From assembly GCA_013265495.1 (NCBI GenBank), contig MU058781.1:8289009-8353008 (forward strand): a DNA stretch of 64,000 nt, in the 5' to 3' direction. Origin of the DNA: Vicugna vicugna (lineage: Eukaryota). The notes beneath the pieces are model-generated. The model was given only the letters and a program-made list of their open reading frames with translations. It searched no databases and had not been told where the DNA came from. The position numbers and the translations under genes were made by a program. Of this stretch, positions 12,805 through 24,965 are shown piece after piece (the first letter of the stretch is position 1; the number at the start of each line of letters is the position of its first letter).

Positions 12805-14559
12805 AATAAGATTCTATATATTAAAGTTTGGTAATGTACATCATTAACGTTGGCGTATACTATTACCAATGATAAATATTTCTTAAGCACCTACTACATG
12901 CTTGGAACACAAGGAGAGAGAAAACCTGGACCTCAAGGAGACTTTAAATTAGTTGGAAACTCAGCATATAAACCCAGCAGAATACTTAACAAAATAAGGT
13001 AACATTTACTACGCATCAAGTGTAAATGCAAACCTTTTCAAAGGTAAACAGTAAATTATACAGGAGTCCAAGGTGCCCTGTGGTTTTCCCATCTCTGTGC
13101 CACTAGGGTACCATCTACAGACCTCTATTAGCATCTACACAGGTCTGTGAGTATACAGCATTTATATGCTTGTATGGTGTATAAACTCTCCCTTGATTTT
13201 TTTTAGCCTTCTATTTCTACAACCTGACCAGGTACCCGGCACTGCTAGTGATGTGAATAAATATTTAATTGATTTAATAATGACTGTGGAATGTGAGCTC
13301 AGTTATTAACTAAGGGCAAGACTTAGATAAGAAGAGAACTGGAGGTTAGGCTTTCCACGAACCGGCAGGGGAACTAACCAGGTGACTGAAAGCTTCAGGC
13401 AGGTAAAGACACTTTGTGGTCAGAGGCCCTGGTGGAATCATCAAAACCCACAGCTGGTATCACCATTAGTCAAGAGGCCGGGTCTTTAGAGCTGGTCTTC
13501 CTTCATTTAGCCTTTTAAACTGTAACATAAGCTTACCCGAATAAACCCAAAGCTTTAGCTGCTTTAATCTGAAAAATCATTTCCTGAATTCTTTATGTCC
13601 TGATCTATTTTTCCTTTGCTCCTTTTTTTTTTCTGCTGATGCTAAATTGGGGGGAAAAATTGAAATCCACACCAAGAATCCTAGTTTAATACCAAATTGA
13701 TACTTTATGCAAACACACAAATTTGGAGGATGCTGGTTGGTAAAAATAGCCTTGGCACTCAAGGTTCCCCAAATTGTAAATTCCTTAAAGCCAGGAATTT
13801 CCCATCCGGCACAGGTCCCAGGATATGACTGTGTACAACACAAATTAATAATGTCAGCATTATCGCATCCATCCTGGCAGCTGCGTTAACTTTACAAACT
13901 TTGAAGGTTAAATTTCATTGCCCACAATGAAAGCAAAGAAAAGAGGGTGTAAGAAGATGATTTAAAGAAAAAATAAAGCAAAACTTAAGCCATCCTCCAT
14001 TCCTTGCCTGAGCTCCACATCTGCTCCACAGAAAGGGACTCATTGTTTAGAAACGCAGTTTTCAACAAACTCATCTGGGAAGCACGTGTGGAGGCCCCTA
14101 AGTCATCATCCATGTCCTGTACTCTGGATCTGAATTGCTGCCCTCTAATTAAATAAAATGATTTTGCATTTAACATCTTCAGGAGGAGGCCAGGCTAGTT
14201 AAAGTCCCTGGAAACTAAAACCACTGTTCACAGGCTCCCCGCCAGGAGCTAAGACAACAGATAACTGGAGGAATCAGATGAAAAATAATTAAAGAGTTCT
14301 TCACTCACACAGTAGAACAGCTCAGCAGATATTTCAGTTTTTGCAGATAATAAACTACTTGACACGGGGAGACCCAGAAGCCCAAAGACATTCTCAGAAA
14401 TGCAGTCAATTCAGAAATTACAGATACACATGTAAAATGTTAACACATTAGGGAAAGGACTCAATACCTTTAAGTGGCATAAGAAGAGCTATTTGGGTAA
14501 CTTGAGGGATGTTTTATTTTTAGTATATCGCAGGCCAATAAAAAGTCACTCCTTAATGG

Positions 14560-14950
14560 GCCAGGAGCAAACATAGTTCAAGGACTGTGCTCTTATCCTA
14601 GGACTGTTCACCAGAGCTGCCTCCACCATTCTCTTTCCCATTTTGTGCCCCAGGAGGAGCCCTTACATCACCCAGGTGCCCCAGGCCAGCCACCCACTGA
14701 GGGCCACTGCAAGAGATGGAAAGGCTGGGGGACAGGGAGCAGAAGGGCTGAGGTCCTCTCTCTGCCTCCCCCCTGCATCCTGGCAACAGGACACCCTCCC
14801 TGGTCGCCTCCAGCGTCCAGTTCTTAGTATCTGAACATCCTTTGCCAGTTCCCTTGATGCCACCCACACCTCCTCTAAGCAGTTCTTTGAAGTTTCTTCA
14901 TTGCAGCCCATTGAGTTGAATTGCTTCCTGCCAGGACCCTGTCTGATTCA
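14560..14950. mobile_element. LTR33-like ERVL solo LTR remnant
   Basis: Ends in ttcctgccaggaccctgtctgattca, resembling the recalled LTR33 terminus. Confidence 0.4.
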
Positions 14951-16185
14951 AGGACCTTCTTGATGGAGGGCATTTTATATCCACATAAAATGTCTCAACT
15001 CCAAAAGGTACGTCTTACTGACATCTCCCATTTGACATGTGGGGACCCTAAAGCTCCAGGATGGTAGAATCCAGCCAGCGGTCACAAAGGAAGATTTCTG
15101 GCAGAGCAGGAATCACCCCCAAGTCAGTCTAACATCTAAGACCTTTAAAAGCCCTTGAAAGTGTGAGGGAGAAAAACACATCAAGCTTCCAAACTCTCAT
15201 GCCACAGCTGAGCCTCAAACCACATTATTTATGGTTTGGGATGCTCCCGCGGCCTAAAATAAGCTAGCTGGGGCATTGCTCTTTCAAGTGCTTCTTCCAC
15301 CAAAAGTCACATGCAGTTGACTGTGCTGGGGGGCAGGGGGGCTGTTCTAAGATCGAAGAGATCACAGGTGCTCCTTCCTGGCCCATTGTCCACATTTTTC
15401 CTTCAGTTCACCTGAGCCATTCCTCCTTCCCAGGCTTAAACATCCCACAGGTTTCTGTGTTTTGTTTTTTTTTTAATAAATTAAAACAGAAATCCAGATT
15501 GGGGGTGGGGGTAGATGCAGTTATAAAGAGCTTAATACCATCATACTAGCACCTCTCAGTCATAAATCTCCAGGATCCATTTATCTGTCTCTTTCCATAC
15601 AAGAAAACTTCCCTGGATTCCTCTCTCTAGCTGTGTGGCACTGCTGAAAACAGAAAACACAATTAAAATAAATCGTGATGGAGGGGAGGAGTAAGGACAA
15701 AGTAAACTCCCCTGAAGGAAATTCGGCTATTGAGTCATATTTCATTTCAGGGCTAAAGAATTTTCTATTATTTCTGCCTTGGCTTAGGTCCGTGGCAGCC
15801 ACTACGTCCTCACTGCAAGAGCAGGAGTTAGCATCCGACACCTCTCCCAATTTCCTGACCTTCTGGATTTTACAGCTGATGAGAAGGCAACAATCAGATC
15901 AGGTGGAGTTCGGAATCAGATCTGCAGAGGGAACCAGGTAGAAGGGTGGCTCGGTAAACAGCACCTGGGATAAGGCACACGTCCAGGTCTCACTTCCTCG
16001 TTGCTGAAGGAATGCGAGTGGAAAGAGCAGCAGATATGTGCGTGTTTGAAGGAGAGAAGAATTTTGAAAAAGACCACTAGGGAGAAGCAGAGGAAGTAAA
16101 CTGGGTGAAAACTCAGCATGAAAAAAAGTCAGGAGTACAGGAGGTCCTCCCCCACATGTTTCACCCAATCCCACTTAACCCAGCA

Positions 16186-16883
16186 CAGCTGACTCTCAAA
16201 CAACATGGGGGTTAATCTGCCTGTAATTAACACTCAGCCCTTCGTATCTGCCATTCCTCTGAATCTGCGGACTTAGCCAACTACGGATGGTACAGGATTG
16301 TAGTATTTACCATTTTTTTCTTTTCCATTTTTTTATTGAAGTATAGTCGGTTTGCAATGTTGTATCAATTTCTGATGTACAGCATAATGTTTCAGTCATG
16401 CATATACATGTATTCCTTTTCATATTCTTTTTCATTATATGTTACTACAAGGTATTGAATATAGTTCCCTGTGCTCTACAGTAAAAACTTACTGTTTATC
16501 TATATTATACATAGTAGTTGGTGTCTGCAAATCTCAAACTCCCAATTTATCCCTTCCCACACACATCCCCCCTGGTCATCATAAGTTTGTTTTCTGTCTG
16601 TGAGTCTCTTTCTGCTTTGTAAATACATTCATTTGTGTCTTTTTTATATATATTCCACATAAAATTGATATCTATGGTATTTTTTTCTTTCTTTTTCTGG
16701 CTTACTTCACTTAGAATGATGATCTCCAGATCCATCCATGTTGCTGCAAATGGCATTATTTTATTATTTTTTATGGCTGAGTAGTATTCCATTGCATAAA
16801 GATACCACACCTTCTTTATTGAAAAATATCCACATATAAGTGGACCCATGCAGCTCAAACCCATGTTACTCAAGAGTCAACTG
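16186..16883. mobile_element. Tigger2-derived MITE split by an antisense L1 3' end (L1 ~16311-16816)
   Basis: TIRs cagctgactctcaaacaacatggg / cccatgttactcaagagtcaactg; internal L1 encodes KIMPFAATWMDLEIIILSEVSQ on minus. Confidence 0.8.
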
Positions 16884-17682
16884 TGTATTTATTGACTCAC
16901 TACTAAATACAGGGCAGACCTAGCCTGCAGCACCTAAAGAGACAAGAAAATGAGTTAAGACAGCCTCAAACCCTCAGGAAGATTTCTTACCTGGAATTAT
17001 TGTTCTTTGTTTCTATCTTTAGTTTTAATGGTAGCAGACAGTTCCTGGACAGTCCAAACAACTTCAACAGCTCTTCCCCCACTAACCTGTCCCACAGGGA
17101 TCCTGGACCCTCAAGGACAGACGGACTGAATATACTAAGGTCTTCGGAATATCACAAAAAACCAAAGCACCCTGTGTCCCTTGTCCCTTGCCGATGGATA
17201 TCATACATGGTACAAAATAACTGTTACCCTGATTTCACAAGCCTCACTGCTGAAGTCTAAAACCTGGGTCTCCCATGCAAAAGGCATAGGCTATTGCTTA
17301 TAGGTTAATCAGCCTTAGTTTCTATGTAGGGTCATCTAAAATAAAAATAATAAAGACTAGAGGCCACTGATGAAAGACACATTTGATTCATTTATCAGAA
17401 TGCTTCAGAACATGGTTACAGGAAACGAGGCAACCCAAAACTTCAAGCAAACAAACAAAAAAAGTTTATTCGAGCCTGATGTGAGGGGTGTACCAATTTT
17501 TTCACACTTACAGGAGAAAAAGTCAACTCAAAAAAAAAATCCACCTGTCTAGTTTGAAGCTGAGAAATCTGCTATGGGGGCAGGGACGGAGGCAGATACT
17601 CTCCCCAGGCTCCACGCCCGCACCGACTCGGGGAAGGGTCCTGCGCTCACGCCCCAGCGGCGGCCTGCCCGCCCGCAGTTAC

Positions 17683-17778
17683 CTGGTCCAGCGGGATGCC
17701 CAGGAGCTCGCTGAGCGGGTGCAGACAGGTGGAGCCCGTGGTGCGGTAGGAGAGGCTGGACGGCTGTTCTGCTGCCAT
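17683..17778 (-). CDS. MBOAT1: Membrane-bound O-acyltransferase 1 (LPEAT1), first coding exon (32 codons, phase-0 intron follows)
   Basis: Translates to MAAEQPSSLSYRTTGSTCLHPLSELLGIPLDQ, matching the recalled mammalian MBOAT1 N-terminus. Strong Kozak (aggATGg). Ends at canonical donor CAG|GTAACT (GT at 17682-17681). Lies in a CpG island. Confidence 0.93.
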
Positions 17779-18036
17779 CCTGCATCTTCGGGAGGCGGCT
17801 GCCCCGGCCCCAGCCCGCGCCACCCTGCTCGGCGTCCTCCCGCCCGAGACTGCGCCTGGGTGGCTGTCCCGAGGGGCGCGCGGCCGCCTAGCTCGCGGGG
17901 ACCCAGCCGCGAGCCGGGGGACGCGAACAAGCGCAAACTGCGGGCGCAAACTTGGCGTTGGCGCTGCGGCCACGGGCGCGGTAGGAGGGCCGCGGCCCAG
18001 CGCGCTCTGCTTCCCGCTCCCCTCCTCTCGCCGCTC

Positions 18037-18082
18037 ATTGGCCCGGCCGCCCGGGACCGCCCGGGAGGAGAGGGGAGGGCGG
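18037..18082 (-). promoter_or_regulatory. CCAAT box (NF-Y, 18037-18041) and GC box (Sp/KLF, GGGCGG 18077-18082)
   Basis: ATTGG on + is CCAAT on the gene strand, ~260 bp upstream of the ATG, with an adjacent GGGGAGGGCGG; typical TATA-less layout. Confidence 0.6.
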
Positions 18083-19332
18083 AAAAGTGGGGACTCCGAG
18101 CCCGGCCCCCGAGCGCCACCCGGCCCGCCCTGCCCGGCCTAAACCCGGGCCGACCCGAGAGGGAAAGCGACGCCAGCGGGCGCCGCCGCCCAGCCCTGCG
18201 CCTGGTGGCGCGCAGCCCCCGGGCGCGGGGAAGCTCCTCTTCCTTCTCCAGAGCTCCCCGACCTCTCTCCCCGCCACACGAAATGACTTCCACCCCGGCC
18301 ACCCAGGAGGGCGCCTTGCACTCGGGAGCACCCCGGCCCCACCCTGTTTTGGTTTCGCTGCAGTCTCTGCACCCCCCGCGCGGACTAAGATTTCCTGCGC
18401 TTTCCTTTCAAGCTTTCTCCCTTACAGTCCTTGCTGCAGAGGGTTACTCTGCCGGTGGCTGGAAGCCCAGGGAGACCCCGGCGCTGCTAGCCAGCGCCCC
18501 AGCGCCCAGCCTCCTCTCTTCGCTTGCATTCCTGTGGGCAAGACCTAGCTTCCGACACCCTGATCTGACGTGGTCTGGGTCACAGCGTACACTAGGACTG
18601 CTAGCTTCTGATCTCTGATGGGCTCCTCCCTTCGGATTGAGAAGTATTTCACCCCTGTAAGAAAAAGTGCTACTGTTATATTGTGTGTATTCTGATCAGT
18701 TCTTTGAGTTCTAAAAAGCGGTACCTGGCCCGTTCACTTCTTTGTCCTCAGACGCCCAAGTGTATCACTGGCACTTGGAAAACTTTTTCAGCTAATTAAT
18801 AGGTTTTGAGAATCATGAAAGTCTTGATCCTTTCCGGGAATTGCTGTAAGCTCACTGGTGAAGAAGACTTTCAGGAAAGCAGTATTGGAATCGGATAGGT
18901 AGGGGGAAAAAAACAAAAGTGAGTTGGTGTGAATCTCCAGGCTTCAAGCCCAAAGCTTTGCATCAGCAGTTGACCTGGGAGCTGTTACTGAGCCAGGGAG
19001 CCAACGATTAGTGGATGGAGAATCCAACCAAACGGGGGCAGTAACTTTGGGGCAGAACTAAACATTGTTAGCAATAATGCCTCCAGCTTCAAGTCCAACC
19101 GAAGGCCTGTCAGACACTGATAACAACTTTCCCTCCAAGGCTAGGCCTCACCCTGGCCTTCTTGGAAGAGTTTCATCAACCAGAAAACTGCACTGAACTT
19201 TAAATGGCCAGGCCAGAGTTTCTCAGCTCATGTTGCCTGTTGAGGAGCAAAAAATTGTCCCTACCACCACTCCCTGTCCCCATGGAGACTTTACAGGAGG
19301 CTACCACCACCAGATGACAACCTCTGCTTTAA

Positions 19333-19353
19333 TACACACACGCACACAAAAAA

Positions 19354-19420
<67 letters not shown>
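19333..19420. repeat. (CA)n microsatellite interrupted by an A-run
   Basis: Directly visible; about 31 uninterrupted units at 19357-19420. Confidence 0.95.
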
Positions 19421-19422
<2 letters not shown>

Positions 19423-20798
19423 GCATATGCTTGAGGATCAATTAGGCTAGACAGGCTCATTTAATATCACATAGTCCTGAAACTGACCAGAATTGAAGTG
19501 ATGTTCCTTTAATCATGAGCAAGATGACAGCTTAAGTGAGGTGTCTTGAGGGCAGACGGGGCTGGAAAGCACTGTTAAAAAAAAAAAAAATCAACATTTA
19601 AATGTGAACTGCCAGAAAAGAAAAGTAGGCCAGTTTGGGTAGTATTTATAAAGCAAACACACAGACCACTCATAATTTTCCACAAAGCTATGCTCTTCAG
19701 ACTTCAAAAAATAGTCTTCACATTGGCGTAGGTTGAAAAACAGAAGATGAACCCTCTACAGATTTCCTTCTGCTCAACAAAACACAGATTATAATCTAGT
19801 CTAAAAGTTTCCCTTAAAGATGCGGGAACTATGCTTAGATCTTCAAAATGAAACCTCACAGAACTTAAATCTTAATAATTCTGTTCTACTGATACTATAG
19901 TGCAATTAATGCTCAAAGAACTATTGGATGATGCAATATCAAGAGGAGGGATCAGTTACACCATAGGCTAGTTAAACTGGCTTCTGGAGGATGAGACAGG
20001 ATTCTAAGATATATAAGAGCTGCACCACAGACCCATCATCCTCTTTTCCTTCCCTTTTAACTTGGTTTCCATCCTCTGTCAATTGTAAAATAATGATCAT
20101 TATTACATGTTTGAGATAACTTTACAAAAGTTTTCTCATTTACCAGGGACAATAACTCATGTGGTAGTTATTATAATCTCTATTTTACAGATGAGGGAAC
20201 TGGAGTTTAGAGAGTTTAAGTATCTTGGTTGTTTGGGGAGGTTAAATAAAACATGCCTGCCTGATTCCAAAGCCTGGGCTCTCGGGCACCATGCCACATT
20301 GCCTCCTCTGAATCAAAGCATTTCTCTCTCCAGCAAGAGGCCAACTCACACACCCACTCGCCCGTCATTTCTGTGGACAGGAATTGTACTTACTATTCCA
20401 AAATGAGGTGGCAGGGTTGATGCTACAGGCCTCCCCCCACATCTCACCTGTTTTCTCCCTGCAGTAGAATGAGGTTTGCTATCAAGCTCAAGTTTTTATG
20501 AAGCTATGCTCAGAATGTGAAGTCATCCAGAAGCTGCAGTGCTGGTTCTGATGACTGGTCCAAAATTAAAGGCCAGACAAAAAGACCTGGAAAAGATGCT
20601 GGCATGTTTCAGGGGGGCAGCAGGAGACTATTGTCTGGAAAAAATTCAACACCAGTCTCGTGCCAATCCAGAACCAGCCAAAGATGCTCAAACAGCAAAA
20701 CTCAATGAAAGTCACCGTCAAAATTTACAAAGGTATAACCCTTCCAGAGGATACATTCTAATGATTCAACCAGAAATAATCACCAATAAAAACTAATT

Positions 20799-20940
20799 CT
20801 GAGTTTGGGAATTTTCCCTCTTCTTCAATCTTTTGGAAGAGTTTGAAAAGGATCGGTATGAGCTCTTCTTTGTATGTTTGTACACCAGAAATTGACACAA
20901 CATTGTAAAAAGACTATACCTCAATAAAAATATATATTTA
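20799..20940 (+). mobile_element. Tiny 5'-inverted L1 insertion
   Basis: Antisense ORF2 piece (20799-20880) plus sense 3' tail; TSD aaaaactaatt at 20788-20798 / 20941-20951. Confidence 0.85.
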
Positions 20941-21878
20941 AAAAACTAATTAAAAACATCTACAATGACATAACCCATATAAAAATAAATTACTATGCTA
21001 ACAATAACACATATTTGCATAATGGTGTTGTATATTTACAGAATATATTCTCTTATATTGTCCCCTTTGATCTTCCCAGCAACCTTAAGAGGTTGAAAGG
21101 GCAGGTGTTATTATCATTTTTATTATTATGTCATCATCATCTTCATTTTTATTCATGAGAATCCTCAGTTTCTGGCAATTTGCAGCTAGCTTATCCAGCT
21201 AGTAAACAGCAGAAGTTAAGATTCAAACTTGGCTATTCTATTGTTCTTTTTATTACACAGAAATCTTTTTATTATACTAGGAGTCCACCTTCAGGAAAAC
21301 AGCAGAAATTGTTGCCTGCATAGGGTATTAAACGCCATGCTTAACATTTGAAATCTGATCCAGAGAATGGTCTAAACTGACCCACGATGGATATCATTCT
21401 GGATTTTTATTTAAGCAGTTTCTTTAAGCATCATCCACACAAAACCATAAGGAATTTAGATTTTGCCATCAAGTCTCCACTTCTATACATTTTAGCTCCA
21501 TCATTCTGTGTTTGCTTGAAGCATCTGTTGCCGCCTACCTGCCTAACATATTTTCTGAGTTGAGATCACAGTTAAACATTGTTTTTATATTTGCACGTGT
21601 TCAGAAAATTAAGAAATTAATATAACTAAGCACCTACCAAATTTATCTATTATTGCTGAAAATGTAGCATTTTCTCCCATGAATACTATCATTTAGTCAT
21701 TCAAGATAAATCAACACAATTCCTCTCAGCACACTAACCTATTTATATGAGGGAGATGCTGATATGTCTAAAGACAAAAGAATCCAAAATAATACACCAA
21801 CCTCTGAAAGAAACCAGTTATGAGAAATTCAAAGCAGAAGTTAGTCCCTGATAACTGAATGCAGAAATAAAGCCTGCT

Positions 21879-22425
21879 CACTATTTATCATAGCCAAGAC
21901 ATGGAAACAACCTAAATGTCCATCGACAGATGATTGGATAAAGAAATTATGGTATATTTATATGATGGAATACTACTCAGCCACAAAAAAGAATAAAATA
22001 ATGCCATTTGCAATATGGATGGAGCTGGAGATCATCATTCTAAGTGAAGCAAGCTAGAAAGAGAAAGAAAAATACCATATGATATCGCTTATATGTGGAA
22101 TCTTAAAAAAAGACACAAATAAACTTATTTATGAAACAGAATGAGACTCACAGACATAGAAAAGAAACTTATGGTTACCAGGGGATAAAGGGGTGGGACG
22201 GGATAAAATAGGAGTTCAAAACTTGCAGATACTAACTACTTATATATAAAATAGATAAACAACAAGTTTCTACTGTACAGCACAGGGAACTATATTCAAT
22301 ATCTCATAGTAACCTATAATGAAATAGAGTATGAAAATGAATACATGCATGTTTATGTATGACGGAAACATGCTGTACACCAGAAATTGTCATACTGTAA
22401 ACTGACTTTACTTCAATAAATAAAT
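21879..22425 (+). mobile_element. 5'-truncated young L1
   Basis: ORF2 end, 3' UTR, (taaa)n tail; perfect 14-bp TSD aaataaagcctgct at 21865-21878 / 22426-22439. Confidence 0.92.
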
Positions 22426-22574
22426 AAATAAAGCCTGCTAACAAAATTCCAACAACTAAAAACACAGAGAACAATATTTATAAATACAATTTTGTACAAT
22501 TTCTGAGTGGTCAGGATTGGAGCCTAAAACACAGAAGAGAAACAGGTAATGAGAGTCTAAAGAATCCAGCCTTT

Positions 22575-22770
22575 AGAGCAAAACAGAACTGGATCAGAAA
22601 ACCAGGACTGCCTTTTTTACTGGTTTTGTGACTTTGGGCAAATCAATTATCTTCTTCAAGTCTCAGCTTCCTCTATAACATGGGAATAAGAGTTATGATC
22701 TCTTGTGGCTGGTATGACTGAGGGAATGATTATATGTGAAATAACCTGTCACAAAGTAATTGTTCAAAAA
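22575..22770 (+). mobile_element. MIR
   Basis: Core tgtgactttgggcaaatc...tctcagcttcct. Confidence 0.6.
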
Positions 22771-23167
22771 AAATTAATTACCTCTGCTCAACTGAAGCTT
22801 ACCCTCTACAAACTAACATTTTATTTTTAACTTTAGTGTTTCGAGAAGCTATATCTCCAATGGATCGCACGTGTCCCTGCATACTTAAATAGAGTTAGTG
22901 ATCACAACAATTTTTACTGATGCATCAAGAAATACAGTGACGTTTTGGAGTCCGCTGACTTGTCAAGAGTTTGTCCCTGCACTGAACTATGCCCAAATAG
23001 GTAAACTTGTTTCAATTATTGGGTCTACTTTCTAGTTTTTCAGTCTCCTCTCATATTTCAGTTGTTGCTACCTTGATGGCTATTTTGGTTCTTCTAAGAG
23101 TTGGCGAACTCTATAGAATTACTAGGCTTTGGCTAAGTGCCCAAGGAGTTCTTGGAGAATTGAAGTA

Positions 23168-23356
23168 CAGTGGTCCCCACATATCCGAGGAGAACTGGTT
23201 CCAGGACCTGCCGCCGATTCCAAAATCCATGGAAACACAAGTCTTACAGTCAGTCCTCCTATGCGCGAGCTCCACACCTGCAGATTCAACCAAGTGTGTA
23301 TGGAAACATAGTGCTGTTCACGAACTGTGTGTAGTAACTAGACGGAGGGCCGGCTG
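23168..23356. mobile_element. MER2/MER8-like Tigger MITE
   Basis: ta|cagtggtccccacatatcc...ggttccaggacc...acggagggccggctg TIRs. Confidence 0.7.
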
Positions 23357-24334
23357 TGCTTGAGTTTGAAGTAAACGCCATGCTATCTATCTTGGGAATT
23401 CAGAGGGTTTTGTTTTGTTTTGTTTTTCTCTGAACTTCCTGCTTCTTTGGCTGTGCTCCAAATAGTTACTTTTGCCAAAAAAGCATCCAATGACTAATAA
23501 AGTTTTGATTGAACATATTGTCTGAGGACAGAGAGATGGGCAAAAACCTATCACGAATGCTGCTAGGATTCACTGGCTGCAGGAAAAAAAAAAAAAAAGA
23601 ACAACCCTGGAGGCCGTGGGTGCCCTGAGGTGCTTGTGGCACTTTCTCCATCCCTATCCCAGCCGGACCGTGGGTGCTGCTGCTGAGACCAGGGCATCTT
23701 AGGCTTCAGGAAGCCCCACTGAGTTAATCTTTTAATCCTACACCTCATATTCCTCTCGGAGACCCCTTGGACTCTCCCTCAGCTCCTACTTTTACCTTAT
23801 TTCTTCACTCTTTGTTCTTCTGCCTGATTCCTAGGTCCAATGATAACAGTGACAAGAGCAACAATGCTTTAGAATGAAGGGGTCGGTGGCTTCCTGGAAA
23901 TCAATGCCGCCGATGGTACCCATGACTTCTCACTTAAATCCTCATCATCTGGCTTGTTGTTCAGAGCCTGCGTGGCCTTCGGTGTCAGCACATTGGGCTG
24001 CAAGCCCCAAATGCTGAGTGTACAGGGAAGTCTGTTATTTACAGGACTAAAGTAGGTATTTGTCCCTATTCCTTTCGCCCTTTTCCTACACGCCTATTGT
24101 GCCATTTCTGCAACTTTCACCCACTTCCAAACATTTTTCAATCATTATTAGCCAATGATTTAACAGTATCTCAAAAACAGACTAGCAGGTTCTCATGTTG
24201 TCAACCTCCAAGAGTGGGACATTAAGCTTCGTTGATCACAGGACATTTTGTTGTTGTTGTTCCTAATGCATCCTCCAGAATTAGCATGTCTGGATTCACT
24301 GGGGAAAACAGTGCTTTTGCTTGTGAGGACTGAG

Positions 24335-24965
24335 TCAACATTCAGCAAATGTTTATTGAGGAACTGTTGTTTATAAAGCACTATTCTAGGTGCTTGGGAT
24401 ACACATCAACCCCAAACAGACAAAAATCCCTCCCTTAACCCTTCCCATAACTCTCACAGGGGAAGATGTAACCAAAAAACATAAAAAATAATACTAACAC
24501 GCCAGAACATGATGAGTGAACTGAATAAAAGAAAAGTGCAGCAGGGTGAAGGGTGAGTGGGGGCAGGGCTCACATGTCACAGTGTTTTATAGGGCGGACA
24601 GAGGAGTCCTCACCGAGGAGATGACATTTAAACAGAGACTTGAAAGCAGCTAAGGAATTAACCGAGCAGATTTCTGGGCAAAGAACATTCCAGAAAGAGG
24701 AACTGTCTAGTGCAAAGATCCAAAGACAGGAGCAGGCCTGGCAGGGTGGAGAAACATCGGGCTGCTAGGAAGGCTGGAGCGCAGTGATTGAGGGGAGAGG
24801 GGAAGGAGATGGGCCAGCGAGGTCTGGGGGGCCAGTCCCAGGCCATTTGGGACTTTTGACTATTCCTCTGATTTCAGTGGGGAGCCACTGCAGGGATTTG
24901 AGCAGAGTAACTATTCCTCTGATTTCAGTGGGGAGCCACAGCAGGGATTTGAGCAGAGGAGTGTC
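24335..24965 (-). mobile_element. L2 3' fragment
   Basis: cattcagcaaatgtttattgag...ctattctaggtgcttgggatac (antisense L2 3' end). Confidence 0.7.
24859..24960. repeat. 51-bp tandem duplication (2 copies, 2 mismatches)
   Basis: actattcctctgatttcagtggggagccac(t/a)gcagggatttgagcagag(t/g)a at 24859-24909 and 24910-24960. Confidence 0.95.

Larger units (their letters stand above)
1..17682 (-). other. MBOAT1: MBOAT1 intron 1 (partial, continues beyond the window start)
   Basis: Follows the exon 1 donor. The expected exon 2 peptide (VNFV.CQL.AL..) is not in the ORF track and I did not see it by eye. Confidence 0.75.
17580..18600. promoter_or_regulatory. CpG island / MBOAT1 promoter and 5' UTR
   Basis: Very GC-rich, CpG-dense ~1 kb within CpG-depleted DNA; spans the start codon. 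Confidence 0.9.

Noticed and set aside
17779..17973. In-frame GTG-initiated N-terminal extension of MBOAT1
   Set aside because: Weak context (C at -3); an open frame is explained by GC content.
17488..18618. 376-aa plus-strand ORF and other long ORFs over the CpG island
   Set aside because: GTG start and Arg/Pro/Gly/Ala-rich; stop-codon scarcity is expected in GC-rich DNA; no recognisable homology.
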